A stretch of 64,000 bases of DNA from Flavobacteriales bacterium. Its GTDB lineage: Bacteria; Bacteroidota; Bacteroidia; Flavobacteriales_D; Parvicellaceae. This document shows positions 9,590 through 19,926 of the stretch, one piece after another; the stretch's first letter is position 1; each line of letters begins with the position of its first letter. The stretch spans positions 16,154-80,153 of the forward strand of contig JACJZN010000010.1 in assembly GCA_020635565.1 (NCBI GenBank), written 5' to 3'. Made by a program: the position numbers and the translations under genes. The notes beneath the pieces were generated by a model. The model saw only the letters and a list, made by a program, of their open reading frames with translations. It did no database searches and was not told the DNA's origin.

Positions 9590-10681
9590 TTACTTTTTTG
9601 CTCTTAATAGTGTTACATAAACTGGAAAATGATCACTATATCCATGAATGTATTCACTACGTGAATATGTTCGATGAGGATAATTCTTGTACTGACCTTC
9701 CTGAGCAATCAAGAATGGTTCATTAAAGACTTTCACACTGTAATATCCAAAATCATTATACGTTTTATCTTTATCAATCAATCCGCTTGAAAGGATCATT
9801 TGATCGAATAAGTTCCACCCATCGTTATATCCTAAGGATCCAATTCCCTTCGTATATAGATCGGCCATTGGATTAAACAATCCTGTACTTTCCACTTCTT
9901 GAGGTTTTGCCATAGGTTTCATAACTTTTTTCACACTCTTACTCACAGGATCATCATTCAAATCACCCATCATAATGATCTTTGCATCAGGTTCCGCCAC
10001 TCGGATTGAATCCATGATCTGCATCGTCAATTCAGCTGCTGCCACTCTTAAGGGGCCACTTCTTTTCTCTCCACCTCTTCTAGAAGGCCAGTGACAAACA
10101 ATAAAATGCATTCGCTCTCCCAACAAATTCCCTGAAACTAGCAATTGATCCCGAGTGTAGAAATCATCCATTCCATCTATTTTTAGCGTAAAAGTCTTGC
10201 TACTCTCCAATTGAAAATACTTTGGATTATACAATAGCGCTACGTCAATACCTCTTCTATCTGGAGAATCATAATGTACAATCTGATAATCCCTTTCTTT
10301 AATCGCTTCCTGAGCTACTAGATCCTCTAACACTAGTCTATTTTCAATTTCTGCAAGACCAAGAACAGCCATTCCATCAGGAGTAGATTCCAACCCCATC
10401 TTGCTAATAGCGAAGGACATGTTCTCCAATTTCTCTTTATACTTCTTTGAATCCCAGTTTTTCGGCCCTTTCGGAGTGAAATCATCTTGAAGTATCTTAT
10501 TAGTATCTGGATCAACGATCGTATCAAACAAGTTCTCCTGATTATAGAATCCGATACAGGCAACTTCAAACTCTTTCTGAGCGTTTATGTTGTTGGATAT
10601 GAATACGAAGAAAACCGCATAACTGACAGTTAATAAAAACTTATTCTTTGCGTTTTGTAAAACAGGTAAAGACATTAACAT
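9590..10681 (-). CDS. Secreted endonuclease/exonuclease/phosphatase family protein
   Basis: FYNQENLFDT, LAEIEN, DRRGIDVALLY, HWPSRRGG, MGDLND, FDQM and SDHFPV. The exact start codon is uncertain. Confidence 0.93.
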   Translation of the reverse strand: MLMSLPVLQNAKNKFLLTVSYAVFFVFISNNINAQKEFEVACIGFYNQENLFDTIVDPDTNKILQDDFTPKGPKNWDSKKYKEKLENMSFAISKMGLESTPDGMAVLGLAEIENRLVLEDLVAQEAIKERDYQIVHYDSPDRRGIDVALLYNPKYFQLESSKTFTLKIDGMDDFYTRDQLLVSGNLLGERMHFIVCHWPSRRGGEKRSGPLRVAAAELTMQIMDSIRVAEPDAKIIMMGDLNDDPVSKSVKKVMKPMAKPQEVESTGLFNPMADLYTKGIGSLGYNDGWNLFDQMILSSGLIDKDKTYNDFGYYSVKVFNEPFLIAQEGQYKNYPHRTYSRSEYIHGYSDHFPVYVTLLRAKK

Positions 10682-10687
10682 TTTTTA

Positions 10688-10709
10688 TACTTTTGTGGGC
10701 TCAAATGTA
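10688..10709. promoter_or_regulatory. Overlapping divergent -7 promoter elements for the nuclease (-) and the TonB transporter operon (+)
   Basis: TACTTTTG (10688-10695, +) and CAAATGTA (10702-10709, TACATTTG on -), 6 nt apart. Confidence 0.65.
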
Positions 10710-10731
10710 AAAACATTAAAGTTAATATTGG

Positions 10732-13278
10732 ATGAACCTAAGGTTAATAATTTTATCATCGCTATTCGTTTCTGCAGCTTCTGCGGGCATTGCCCAAACA
10801 GATACAACTGCAGTTGAGGATACCACGGCAAATTCCATTCCGCTTTTCATTATCAATGATGACGGTGGAGACGACAATGCCAACCAAGTGCAGAACGTGA
10901 GTGGTTTACTACAATCTTCTAGAGACGTTTACGCCAAACAAGTTGGTTTCAACTTCAGTTTTGCCAGATTTAGAATGAGAGGATATGACGCAGATGCGAA
11001 CGTAGTTTTAATGAATGGAATGCCCATGAATGATCCAGAAAGTGGGATGGCAATCTGGGCTTACTGGGGTGGATTGAACGATATTACTCGATATCCCGAG
11101 ATTCAAACAGGGATCAGTAGTTCGCAATCTACATTTGGAGGAATTCTGGGTTACACGAACATGAACCTAAATGCAGGAAGCAAACAACCCGGGACTAGAG
11201 TTTCTTACGCTGCTACCAACAGAACCTACAGACATCGTTTGATGGTAACTCACAACACTGGATGGATGAAGGGAGGCTGGGCCTTGAGCATGTCTCTATC
11301 CGGAAGATATTCGAAGGAAGGATATGTGGATGGAACGTTCTACAGAGGATACAGCTACTTTGTGGGGGTTGAGAAAAAACTTTCTGAAAAACACAGCATG
11401 AACTTAGCTTATTTCGCAGCACCTACTATTCAGGGGAGACAAGGAATAGCAGTTCAGGAAGCTTATACTCTCACTGGAAACAACTTCTATAACCCGTATT
11501 GGGGGTATCAAACAGATCCTGAAACAGGAGAGCAAGTAAAGAGAAATGCTCGTGTTAGAAATAACTTCGTGAATTATCTGATCTTGTCTGACGAATACAA
11601 GATCAATGCGAAAAGTAATATTAAGTCTACCCTGTATTATCAATTTGGTAGATCAGGAAATACAAATCTAAACTGGAATAACACTTCTGATCCTCGTCCG
11701 GATTACTACCGATATCTTCCTAGTTATTCTTACAATGGAGGATATGATGAAACAGGAGATCTGTATACTGATCTATGGACTTCCAATGATCCGTCTACAA
11801 CCCAACTAGATTTTGACCATATGTATTTTGCAAACAGCAAAAACATGTATACTGTAGATAACGCCAATGGTAGTGGTGAAAGTTACACCGGAAACAGATC
11901 GAAATATATTATTGAAGATTACAGACAAGATCCTACTAGATTAGGTATTTATAGTGTCTACAATAATCAGATCAAAGATAACATGCGCCTTACAGCTGGT
12001 GTAAGTGCTTACAATTACAAAAGTGAAAATTTCCGAGAAATTAAAGATCTTTTGGGAGGAGATTTCTGGTTAGATGTGGATCAATTTGCCGAAAGAGATT
12101 TTGATGATCCTGAAGTTGCAATGAATGATCTTTCTACCCCAAATAAAATTGTAAAAGTTGGAGATCGTTACAGTTATGACTACGACATGCATGTTCAGTA
12201 TGCTGAGATGTTTTCCAATCTGGATTTCAAAGTTGGAAAATCAATTGATGGTTATGCTGGGCTATCGCTTAGTGGAACACAGTTCTGGAGACATGGAAAC
12301 CTTCAAAATGGTAAATTCCCTGACAATTCATTAGGAGATTCTGAAAAACAAAAATTCTTAAACTATGGTGTTAAAGGTGGATTGATTTACAAAATTTCTG
12401 GAAGACATATTGTGAACCTTAACGTTCTTCACCAAACGAAAGCTCCCTTATCAAGAAATGCTTACATATCTCCAAGAACCAGAGATCAAGTAGTTGATGG
12501 ATTAACGAGCTCAGAGATTACCAGTGGTGATATCAATTATTTGGTTAGATATCCAAAATTAAAAGCTAGAGCAACTTATTTCTATACAATGGCTAACAAT
12601 CTTACCTGGTCAAGAAGTTTTTATCATGATGAGTACAGAAACTTTGTGAACTACATGATGACTGGAGTGAACAAACTATATCAGGGTGTTGAAATAGGAG
12701 TTGAAGGAAATGTTACTTCTACAATTACTGCTAGTGCTGCATTCACTAAGGGATTATATATCTACAATTCACGTCCATCAGCAACAATTACAGTTGATAA
12801 CTCACTCGAAGAATTAGCATCTGATAAGGTAGTCTACTTAAAGAATTACAAAATTGGAAACGGTCCTCAGACAGCAGCAACGATTGGTATTAAATACAGC
12901 TCACCAAAGTATTGGTTTGTGGGAGTTAATGCAAACTACGTAACTGACATTTATCTTGATCCGAATCCAGACAGAAGAACTCTTGAAGCTTTGGATGGTT
13001 ATGTAGATACAGATCCACAGGTCGCTGAAATTCTTGCTCCTACTAAACTTGATGGAGGATTTATGCTAAATGCTTTTGCAGGATGGTCTTACAGAATAAA
13101 AAGTGGAGATTATTTAAGAATCAACGTTAACGTAAACAACGTTTTGAATAACACGTCATTTGTATCAGGTGGTTACGAACAATTGAGATATGACCCAACT
13201 CAAATTGATAAATTCCCAGCGAAATTGGGATATACTTATGGTCTGTCTTACTTCGCAATGATCACTTATATCTTTTAA
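10732..13278 (+). CDS. TonB-dependent outer-membrane transporter (non-SusC type)
   Basis: Signal peptide; plug motif FRMRGYD...VLMNG...WGGLND; amphipathic beta-strands; NVNNVLN near the end; terminal Phe. Confidence 0.88.
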   Translation: MNLRLIILSSLFVSAASAGIAQTDTTAVEDTTANSIPLFIINDDGGDDNANQVQNVSGLLQSSRDVYAKQVGFNFSFARFRMRGYDADANVVLMNGMPMNDPESGMAIWAYWGGLNDITRYPEIQTGISSSQSTFGGILGYTNMNLNAGSKQPGTRVSYAATNRTYRHRLMVTHNTGWMKGGWALSMSLSGRYSKEGYVDGTFYRGYSYFVGVEKKLSEKHSMNLAYFAAPTIQGRQGIAVQEAYTLTGNNFYNPYWGYQTDPETGEQVKRNARVRNNFVNYLILSDEYKINAKSNIKSTLYYQFGRSGNTNLNWNNTSDPRPDYYRYLPSYSYNGGYDETGDLYTDLWTSNDPSTTQLDFDHMYFANSKNMYTVDNANGSGESYTGNRSKYIIEDYRQDPTRLGIYSVYNNQIKDNMRLTAGVSAYNYKSENFREIKDLLGGDFWLDVDQFAERDFDDPEVAMNDLSTPNKIVKVGDRYSYDYDMHVQYAEMFSNLDFKVGKSIDGYAGLSLSGTQFWRHGNLQNGKFPDNSLGDSEKQKFLNYGVKGGLIYKISGRHIVNLNVLHQTKAPLSRNAYISPRTRDQVVDGLTSSEITSGDINYLVRYPKLKARATYFYTMANNLTWSRSFYHDEYRNFVNYMMTGVNKLYQGVEIGVEGNVTSTITASAAFTKGLYIYNSRPSATITVDNSLEELASDKVVYLKNYKIGNGPQTAATIGIKYSSPKYWFVGVNANYVTDIYLDPNPDRRTLEALDGYVDTDPQVAEILAPTKLDGGFMLNAFAGWSYRIKSGDYLRINVNVNNVLNNTSFVSGGYEQLRYDPTQIDKFPAKLGYTYGLSYFAMITYIF

Positions 13279-13298
13279 AATTATTACACTCGAAAAAA

Positions 13299-14588
13299 AT
13301 GAAAATGAAAAATATATCCATACTAGTTTTATTGGCAGGTCTTCTTGGTTTAGGAACTGCTTCGTGCGAACCGGAATACGACACTCCTCCTATCCCATCT
13401 ATTCCAGAGGGAAAATTAATTACAATTGACACACTTTGGGCTTGGTACGCGGCAGGTGGAAGTCAATCTATCACTGAAGATTATTCTCTTTATGGAGTAA
13501 TTACAACGGATGAATCTACTGGGGCTTTCTATAAAGAAGCTTACATTCAAGATGGAAATAGAGGTATCCGATTGAGAATGACTGCAAGCTCTTCCTTAAC
13601 GATCGGAGATTCTGTTAGAATCTACCTTAAGGGAACATACTTGGATATGTATAACGAATTGATTCAATTAGATTCTGTAAATCCTGATGACAACATTATT
13701 ATTCAGTCAAACGGAAATACAATCACTCCTTTAAATCTTGACATTACAGATTTGAGCGCTGTTGAAACGATTGGGACACAGGACTTCTACACTTACCAAT
13801 CAAGATTTGTACAGTTAGATGGTGTTGAATTTGGTAGCACAGGAGTTACGTGGGCAGATGCTGTAAATCAGTTCTCTGTGAACCATAACTTAAATGATTG
13901 TAATGGTGGAACTGTATTGATCAGAGCATCAGGATATGCTAACTTTGCTGGTGATGTTGTTCCTTCAGGAAATGGTACTTTCCTTGGAATTATGGGGGTT
14001 TATGGTACTGATATTCAAATGTATGCTAGAACTCCTGACAACTTGACTATGGACGGATCTAGATGCGGAGCAATATCATGTGATCCGGTTGCAGCATTAT
14101 CTGAAACATTTGCATCCTTCACCAATGGAGGAACTGCTGATGAAGCTTGTTGGGAAACAGTTGCAACGGTGGGTTCTATGAAATGGTCTATTTCAAATAT
14201 CTCAGGTGATAATCTTGCCCAGGGATCTATTCTTGGAACAAGTGACTCTTCAAATGAAATGTGGTTGATCTCTCCTGAAATCACTTATGCCGGAACAAAC
14301 ATCCTATCCTTCCAATCTGCAGTACAGAACTGGAATCATGATGGATTATCTGTATACATTTTAACCAATTATTCAGGAAACCCAAACTCTGCTACTCAAA
14401 CTGCTATTACTGGAGCTACTATTGCAGGAAGTTCTAGTGGAAATAATACACTTGTTAGTTCAGGAAATATCAATATTTCTTCTTTCATCTCAAGTGGAAA
14501 CTACAGAATCGCATTTAAATACAATGCAAGTGGAGTTGGTGGACAAACCTCAACTTATAAAGTTGATAACGTAATCTTAACGCAATAA
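13299..14588 (+). CDS. Surface lipoprotein with a DUF5689-like OB-fold region and a C-terminal beta-sandwich
   Basis: Lipobox TASC; GVITTDESTGAFYKEAYIQD...GDSVRI...SGYANFA pattern; MWLISP...YRIAFKY...YKVDNV C-terminal domain. Confidence 0.75.
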   Translation: MKMKNISILVLLAGLLGLGTASCEPEYDTPPIPSIPEGKLITIDTLWAWYAAGGSQSITEDYSLYGVITTDESTGAFYKEAYIQDGNRGIRLRMTASSSLTIGDSVRIYLKGTYLDMYNELIQLDSVNPDDNIIIQSNGNTITPLNLDITDLSAVETIGTQDFYTYQSRFVQLDGVEFGSTGVTWADAVNQFSVNHNLNDCNGGTVLIRASGYANFAGDVVPSGNGTFLGIMGVYGTDIQMYARTPDNLTMDGSRCGAISCDPVAALSETFASFTNGGTADEACWETVATVGSMKWSISNISGDNLAQGSILGTSDSSNEMWLISPEITYAGTNILSFQSAVQNWNHDGLSVYILTNYSGNPNSATQTAITGATIAGSSSGNNTLVSSGNINISSFISSGNYRIAFKYNASGVGGQTSTYKVDNVILTQ

Positions 14589-14639
14589 TTCAAAATATAA
14601 TTCTAATTCAGTTATAATTTTGCCTTAAATAAAATAGAA

Positions 14640-16040
14640 ATGAAAAAACTTTACACAATTTTAGGAGCTGCTTTGATCGCTGGATCTGTATCAGCACAGA
14701 CAGTTTATGAAAGCCAGGACTTCGAAACAAGTTTGGCAGGTAATGGTTGGACAGTTCAAAATCCAACAGCGAATGATACAACTGTATGGTATCAATCTAC
14801 TGGAACCAACTCATATGCCAAAATATCAAACTATTATTCAACTCCTCAAGTAAACGTACCTGCGGAATCATGGTTGATCTCTCCATTGCTAGATCTTTCT
14901 TTAGCGACTAATCCTGTGCTTACTTTCCAATCGGTTATGAAATTTGCTGGGGATTCACTGACTCTTTTGGTATCTACAGATTACGATGGTTCAAGTGATC
15001 CAACACAACAAGGAACATGGGTAAACATTACAGCTAGTGCCAATTGGGATACTGACGATGCTGCTTGGGGATCGTTCTCTACTCAAGGATCTGGAGATGT
15101 TAGCTTAACTCCATATATTAGTGCTAACACTTATATCGCATTTAAATATATTGGTTCTGCTACAGACGGATCTACGTGGGAATTAGATAACATCATTGTT
15201 AATGAAGGTGGTGGTGGTTCTACGGGAACTGATGTTTCTATCTATGATATTCAATATACTACTGCATCACCTGCTGATTCTCCATACATGGGACAAACAG
15301 TAAACACAGGAGGAATTGTAACTCATGTAAGAGCTGATAACAAATTTTACATTGCAAGTGGAACAGGTCCTTACACTTCAGTATATGTTTTTGATGGTAA
15401 CCAAACTGTTGCCGTTGGTGATTCTGTAACTTTTACAGCTGAAGTTGATGAGAACTACGAATTAACAGAATTGAAAAACCTTTCAAACTTCGTAGTTGTT
15501 TCTTCTGGTAATTTCTTTATGTCAAATGCTGTTACTACTGCAGAGGCAAATTCTGAAGCTTATGAGAGTGCATTAGTTCAAGTAACTGGTGAATGTACTG
15601 CAGCTGCTAACTCTTATAATGAATATCCAGTGAACGATGGTTCAGGTGATGTTTTAACTGATGACTTCTTCATCGGAGCTTCAAACTTCCAAGCTCCAAC
15701 AGTAGGTGATTGTTATCAGATCAGAGGAATTGTTGACTTTACTTTCGGTGAATTCAAGATTCTTGCAAGAAACAGTGCCGATATTGTGCACATTGGAGCT
15801 AATTGTCCAGCAAGTGTTGAGGAGAATGGAGTTGCTTACGCAGTTTATCCAAACCCAACAAATGGTAGCATCACTCTTGATGTTGTTGGAAACCACACTT
15901 TGTCTATTACAGATGTAACAGGAAAAGTAGTAGAAGTAATGAATGTTGGTGGTACTTCTAACATTTCTCTGGTGGATTATAAAGCCGGGATCTACTTCTT
16001 CAACATTGAAGGAAACGTTACTAAAGTTATTGTAAAATAA
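14640..16040 (+). CDS. T9SS-secreted protein with a beta-sandwich domain and two OB-fold-like domains
   Basis: Signal peptide; SWLISP...YIAFKY...WELDNI domain; SIYDIQ...SPYMGQTVNTGGIVT...VGDSV...TEL, like the OB domains of ExeM/YhcR-type nucleases; VYPNP...AGIYF...KVIVK CTD. Confidence 0.8.
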   Translation: MKKLYTILGAALIAGSVSAQTVYESQDFETSLAGNGWTVQNPTANDTTVWYQSTGTNSYAKISNYYSTPQVNVPAESWLISPLLDLSLATNPVLTFQSVMKFAGDSLTLLVSTDYDGSSDPTQQGTWVNITASANWDTDDAAWGSFSTQGSGDVSLTPYISANTYIAFKYIGSATDGSTWELDNIIVNEGGGGSTGTDVSIYDIQYTTASPADSPYMGQTVNTGGIVTHVRADNKFYIASGTGPYTSVYVFDGNQTVAVGDSVTFTAEVDENYELTELKNLSNFVVVSSGNFFMSNAVTTAEANSEAYESALVQVTGECTAAANSYNEYPVNDGSGDVLTDDFFIGASNFQAPTVGDCYQIRGIVDFTFGEFKILARNSADIVHIGANCPASVEENGVAYAVYPNPTNGSITLDVVGNHTLSITDVTGKVVEVMNVGGTSNISLVDYKAGIYFFNIEGNVTKVIVK

Positions 16041-16061
16041 TTGTCATAAAATAAAACTATC

Positions 16062-16093
16062 AAAAGGGGCTCGATTTCGAGTCCCTTTTTTTT
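16062..16093 (+). terminator. Rho-independent terminator of the TonB operon
   Basis: AAAAGGGGCTCGA-tt-TCGAGTCCCTTTTTTTT. Confidence 0.85.
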
Positions 16094-16125
16094 GTACCTT
16101 GGTGAAAGTAACAGCTCCCGAAGGT

Positions 16126-16785
16126 ATGAAGCAACTAATTTTCATTTGCCTGTTATTTAGCTCCTCTCTTATTAATGCACAACAAGTGCTTAGTGTTGAT
16201 CTGGATAAGATTAAGACTATAACGGAGGATATTGCTTCAGAGAATTACTATCCTTCCTTGTTGAGTAGATTCGAAAAATTTGATACAACGTTAACTGCAA
16301 AGCAAATGCACTTTCTTTACTATGGTAAGTTCCACCAACCATTTTATGATCCAAGTTCATATTATCTCGAAAGAGAAAAGATGTATGATCTGATCAAAGA
16401 AAAAGATTATAAAACGGCATTAGAACACGGTAAATTGGCATTTAATGAAGATCCTCTTGATCTCAGAACACTTTTTGGTCTTTATTTGTGTAATCAACAA
16501 CTTCTCCTGTTGAAGGATGCCGAAAACTACGAATTTCTTTATTATGCATTAGTAGGAACCATTCTTCAGACTGGAAGTGGTAAAAATGCCAATGAAGCTT
16601 TTGTAGTGATGAATACTACTGATGAACAAGAAATCATCTCAAGCATTGGTAAAAAAGTAAAAAAATTCAAGACGGTTAAAAGGACTACGGATTGTTTCAA
16701 ATTTGAAAAGAGCGAAGACAAAGTTTTGAATAAAATCAAAAAACTTTACTTCAATAAAGAGATTCCGTTAATGAAAGAGCAATAA
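16126..16785 (+). CDS. DUF4919-like secreted protein
   Basis: Likely start MKQLIF. Motifs YYPSLLSRF...LYYG and ILQTGSGK...AFVV. Confidence 0.7.
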   Translation: MKQLIFICLLFSSSLINAQQVLSVDLDKIKTITEDIASENYYPSLLSRFEKFDTTLTAKQMHFLYYGKFHQPFYDPSSYYLEREKMYDLIKEKDYKTALEHGKLAFNEDPLDLRTLFGLYLCNQQLLLLKDAENYEFLYYALVGTILQTGSGKNANEAFVVMNTTDEQEIISSIGKKVKKFKTVKRTTDCFKFEKSEDKVLNKIKKLYFNKEIPLMKEQ

Positions 16786-16814
16786 AAAAGGGAGACTTTA
16801 GCCTCCCTTTCTTC
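16784..16814. terminator. Bidirectional terminator between convergent genes
   Basis: AAAAAAGGGAG-N7-CTCCCTTTCTT. Confidence 0.75.
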
Positions 16815-16828
16815 AAATTATTAATCAA

Positions 16829-18031
16829 TTATTGATTTGCTGTATATCTATCTTTGAGATATTTCATGTACGACTCAAGATCTTCCGCTTCTCTTTTGTA
16901 TTTACCGGCAGCTACAGAAATAATTTTAGCCTTCTGCATATAACTATCAGCCGTAGTCCAGTCATCCATCCACATATAAGCTTCAGCAAGGTTAACATAG
17001 ATCAAAGCTGTTACTTTATCATTTACTCTCGCTTTACTGTCATTTACATCACTTTCCTGAAGTGCTTTTTCCCAGATTGCAGCAGCTTTCTTTAGCTTAC
17101 CAATTGCATCACTCTTAGATACATCCTTATAAATTAGATCATACCCTGCCTTCGCTTGTGTATATGCATCAATCAGGTCTCCGTAATCCTGTCCTTTATG
17201 CTTCTTAATCGTATAAATCTCTGTAGCATATGCTTTTGTTGGGAATCCACACTTATCGTTTACCATTGTATTGATCGTTGACAAGATAGAAGTAAGTTCC
17301 TGCTGCTGAAGAGTCACCCAGAATTGGTTATAATTATCAATTCTCCAATAATCGTAACTGTATTCAGAATCAAACTTATTGATCAATTTAGACTTCTGAC
17401 CGAAGTTTATGTTCTCATTAACGATTATACCCTGACTTGGAACTTCTACAGTGATTGTAACAGGCATTTCATATTTAGCATAATATTCGTACTTCGTTGT
17501 AGCTCCGGTACCTGAAATCTTTTTCTCAACAGATGCATTTTTTAGCCCTTCAAAATTGATTTTGATCACAGCTCCACCATCACCTTTTGTAAATCCTTCT
17601 AAACGCACTGCAGCATCAACAGTTCCCTCAGTTATATCTGTAGTTAGGATTGGCTCATCCAATTCTTCCTTTAACTTAGGCATTTCAGGATATGGAGGTT
17701 TAACCGGCTGAGCAACTGGCGTACCAGCATTAACGGATTTTTGCCATTTCTCCATTTCTAATAAATAGGCCTGATCGACCTTCTTCTTTTGTTCGATCCA
17801 TGTTACCAACTGAGATTCAGCCAAAGTGATCTTTGCTTCAAAAGCATTTAAAGAATCTTCATTAGCGGCAATATATTTATCGTGATTTAATTCAATTGAA
17901 TACACCTTTGGTCCTTTGATGGGATTACTAGGTAATTGAATATAATTGAAGGTGATCTTTTGATCATCCACATTTTGAGCAAATGATGCTCCTGCAATTA
18001 AGATAGATGCAAATAGTAAAATTTTCTTCAT
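16829..18031 (-). CDS. Hypothetical secreted protein with C-terminal TPR-like helices
   Basis: Signal peptide ending SFA-Q; AAAIWEKAL...YVNLAEAYMW helical tail. Confidence 0.7.
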   Translation of the reverse strand: MKKILLFASILIAGASFAQNVDDQKITFNYIQLPSNPIKGPKVYSIELNHDKYIAANEDSLNAFEAKITLAESQLVTWIEQKKKVDQAYLLEMEKWQKSVNAGTPVAQPVKPPYPEMPKLKEELDEPILTTDITEGTVDAAVRLEGFTKGDGGAVIKINFEGLKNASVEKKISGTGATTKYEYYAKYEMPVTITVEVPSQGIIVNENINFGQKSKLINKFDSEYSYDYWRIDNYNQFWVTLQQQELTSILSTINTMVNDKCGFPTKAYATEIYTIKKHKGQDYGDLIDAYTQAKAGYDLIYKDVSKSDAIGKLKKAAAIWEKALQESDVNDSKARVNDKVTALIYVNLAEAYMWMDDWTTADSYMQKAKIISVAAGKYKREAEDLESYMKYLKDRYTANQ

Positions 18032-18100
18032 GATTTGGTTTTTTAGTGTTTAGTCCTACCTCTTACAAAAATAAAACCAAAACCGAAACCCCCAAGTAAA

Positions 18101-18646
18101 TCAGGACTTTAGTTTAGTAGAAAATGCTTTTTTGAACTTTTCTACTTTAGGCTGGATGACGAATTTACAATACATCTCATCTCCATGCTCAGAAAAATAA
18201 TTCTTATGGTAATCCTCTGCTGGATAAAATTCAGTCAATTCAGCTATCTCCGTAACAATTGGATTTGGCCATGCCTCTGAGTCATTCAATTCCTCCTTTA
18301 CTCTTTGAGACTCCACCCTTTGATTCTCATTTGTGTAGAAGATCGCTGACCTGTATTGAGTCCCAACATCATTTCCTTGTCGATTCAATGTAGTTGGATC
18401 ATGTGTTTTCCAGAATACTTCAAGTAATTCTAAAAAACTAATAGCTGAAGGGTCAAAAGTAATCTTTGCCACTTCTGCATGTCCGGTTTCGCCAGTACAA
18501 ACTTCTTTATAACAAGGATTCTTTATATGGCCTCCTGTGTAACCCGGAATTACACTTTGAACACCTTTTAATTCAGAAAATACAGCCTCCACGCACCAGA
18601 AGCATCCTGCTCCTAAAACTGCGATTTCCATTTGATTTTTATCCAT
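18101..18646 (-). CDS. msrA: Peptide-methionine (S)-S-oxide reductase
   Basis: GAGCFWC, GHAE, HDPT, RQGNDVGTQYRS and AEDYH. Confidence 0.98.
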   Translation of the reverse strand: MDKNQMEIAVLGAGCFWCVEAVFSELKGVQSVIPGYTGGHIKNPCYKEVCTGETGHAEVAKITFDPSAISFLELLEVFWKTHDPTTLNRQGNDVGTQYRSAIFYTNENQRVESQRVKEELNDSEAWPNPIVTEIAELTEFYPAEDYHKNYFSEHGDEMYCKFVIQPKVEKFKKAFSTKLKS

Positions 18647-18743
18647 AACTGTCTAACTTTTCCAAACTTAATAAAAAGCGATTTAATTAGTCGTCAATCC
18701 TCCCCGAGAATTCTTTACTTTACATCATTAATGACAATAGATA

Positions 18744-19631
18744 ATGAAAACCTTTTTCGTATTGCTAATGGCTATCTCCTTAATTCAAATCGATATATCT
18801 GCTCAAAAGGACTCAACAAGTTTCTATGGCCATAGAGGATGTAGAGGTTTATATCCTGAAAACACACTTGAAGCATTCGAACACGCAATTGACTTAGGCG
18901 TAGATGGTATTGAATGGGATGTGATTGTTTCTAAAGATAAAAAGTTGATTATTTCTCACGAACCCTTTCTAGATGCTAGTTATTGTTTCAATAAGGAAGG
19001 CAAAGAAATTAGCGCCTCTGAAGGTAAAAAAGTCAATTTCTATGAACTTACAGCAGAAGAAATTCAACAATTCGATTGTGGTTCGAAAGTAAACAGCAAA
19101 TTCCCCGATCAGTTGATGATCAAAACTTATAAGCCTACTGTTCAAGAAGCGTTTGAAAAACTGAATCTAAAAGATGTAACGATTCTTTTCGAGATCAAAT
19201 CTGAGCGATCAGATTATAGCATCTACCAACCTGAGCCAAAAGAGTACGCGAAATTGATAGCTGCTGAAATTGAAGATTTTGAATTTAAAGCCAATATTAT
19301 TTTCATGTGTTTTGATGGAAATTTACTTGATGAATTACATCAAATACTACCTGACTACAGATATGTTTACTTGACCTATAAACCTTTCACTTCCGTAAAG
19401 ACATTTCTTAAGCAAATTTCCTTTACACCTTACGCACTAGGAATGTATCATCCGACTATTCGAAAAAGAGATGTAAAATTATTAGGCAACCAAGGTATCA
19501 AGACTTTTGCATGGACTGTAAACAAACCTGAGCATTCAAACAAACTTATGAGATATGGAGTAAGTGGAATAATTACTGATTATCCAGATTCAGTGAAAAG
19601 AACTACTCATCCGGTTGACAATCAGAAATAA
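18744..19631 (+). CDS. Glycerophosphodiester phosphodiesterase, secreted
   Basis: GHRG...PENT, EWDV, EIK, AWTVN and GIITDYP. Confidence 0.93.
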   Translation: MKTFFVLLMAISLIQIDISAQKDSTSFYGHRGCRGLYPENTLEAFEHAIDLGVDGIEWDVIVSKDKKLIISHEPFLDASYCFNKEGKEISASEGKKVNFYELTAEEIQQFDCGSKVNSKFPDQLMIKTYKPTVQEAFEKLNLKDVTILFEIKSERSDYSIYQPEPKEYAKLIAAEIEDFEFKANIIFMCFDGNLLDELHQILPDYRYVYLTYKPFTSVKTFLKQISFTPYALGMYHPTIRKRDVKLLGNQGIKTFAWTVNKPEHSNKLMRYGVSGIITDYPDSVKRTTHPVDNQK

Positions 19632-19842
19632 GCTGAGCAAATTTCGCTTCATTTTCTTTACTCAAACGCATTTTACCATATTTCTTATCCCATTCATCTA
19701 TACATTGTTCTCCTTGAAGACTACTTTGATTCTTTTGGATCTCTCGGCACTCACAAAATTCTTCAGCAAGCTTTTCCACGCTTGGAGAAACACATGAAGA
19801 GATTACAAGTATAACAGGCATGAATATGATTAACTTTCTCAT
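19603..19842 (-). CDS. Small Cys-rich lipoprotein (array member 1)
   Basis: Likely start MRKLII; lipobox ISSC; AEEFCEC...C...W.KKY...C. Confidence 0.75.
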   Translation of the reverse strand: MRKLIIFMPVILVISSCVSPSVEKLAEEFCECREIQKNQSSLQGEQCIDEWDKKYGKMRLSKENEAKFAQLISDCQPDE

Positions 19843-19878
19843 ATCATCAAAGTTAGTCATTTGACCAAACATCCTGAC

Positions 19879-19910
19879 AAAAAAAAAGCACTTCCAAAGA
19901 AGTGCTTTTT
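19879..19910 (-). terminator. Terminator after the lipoprotein at 19927-20280
   Basis: A9-GCACTTC-caaa-GAAGTGC-T5. Confidence 0.8.
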
Positions 19911-19926
19911 CAAAAATCCAGTGAGA

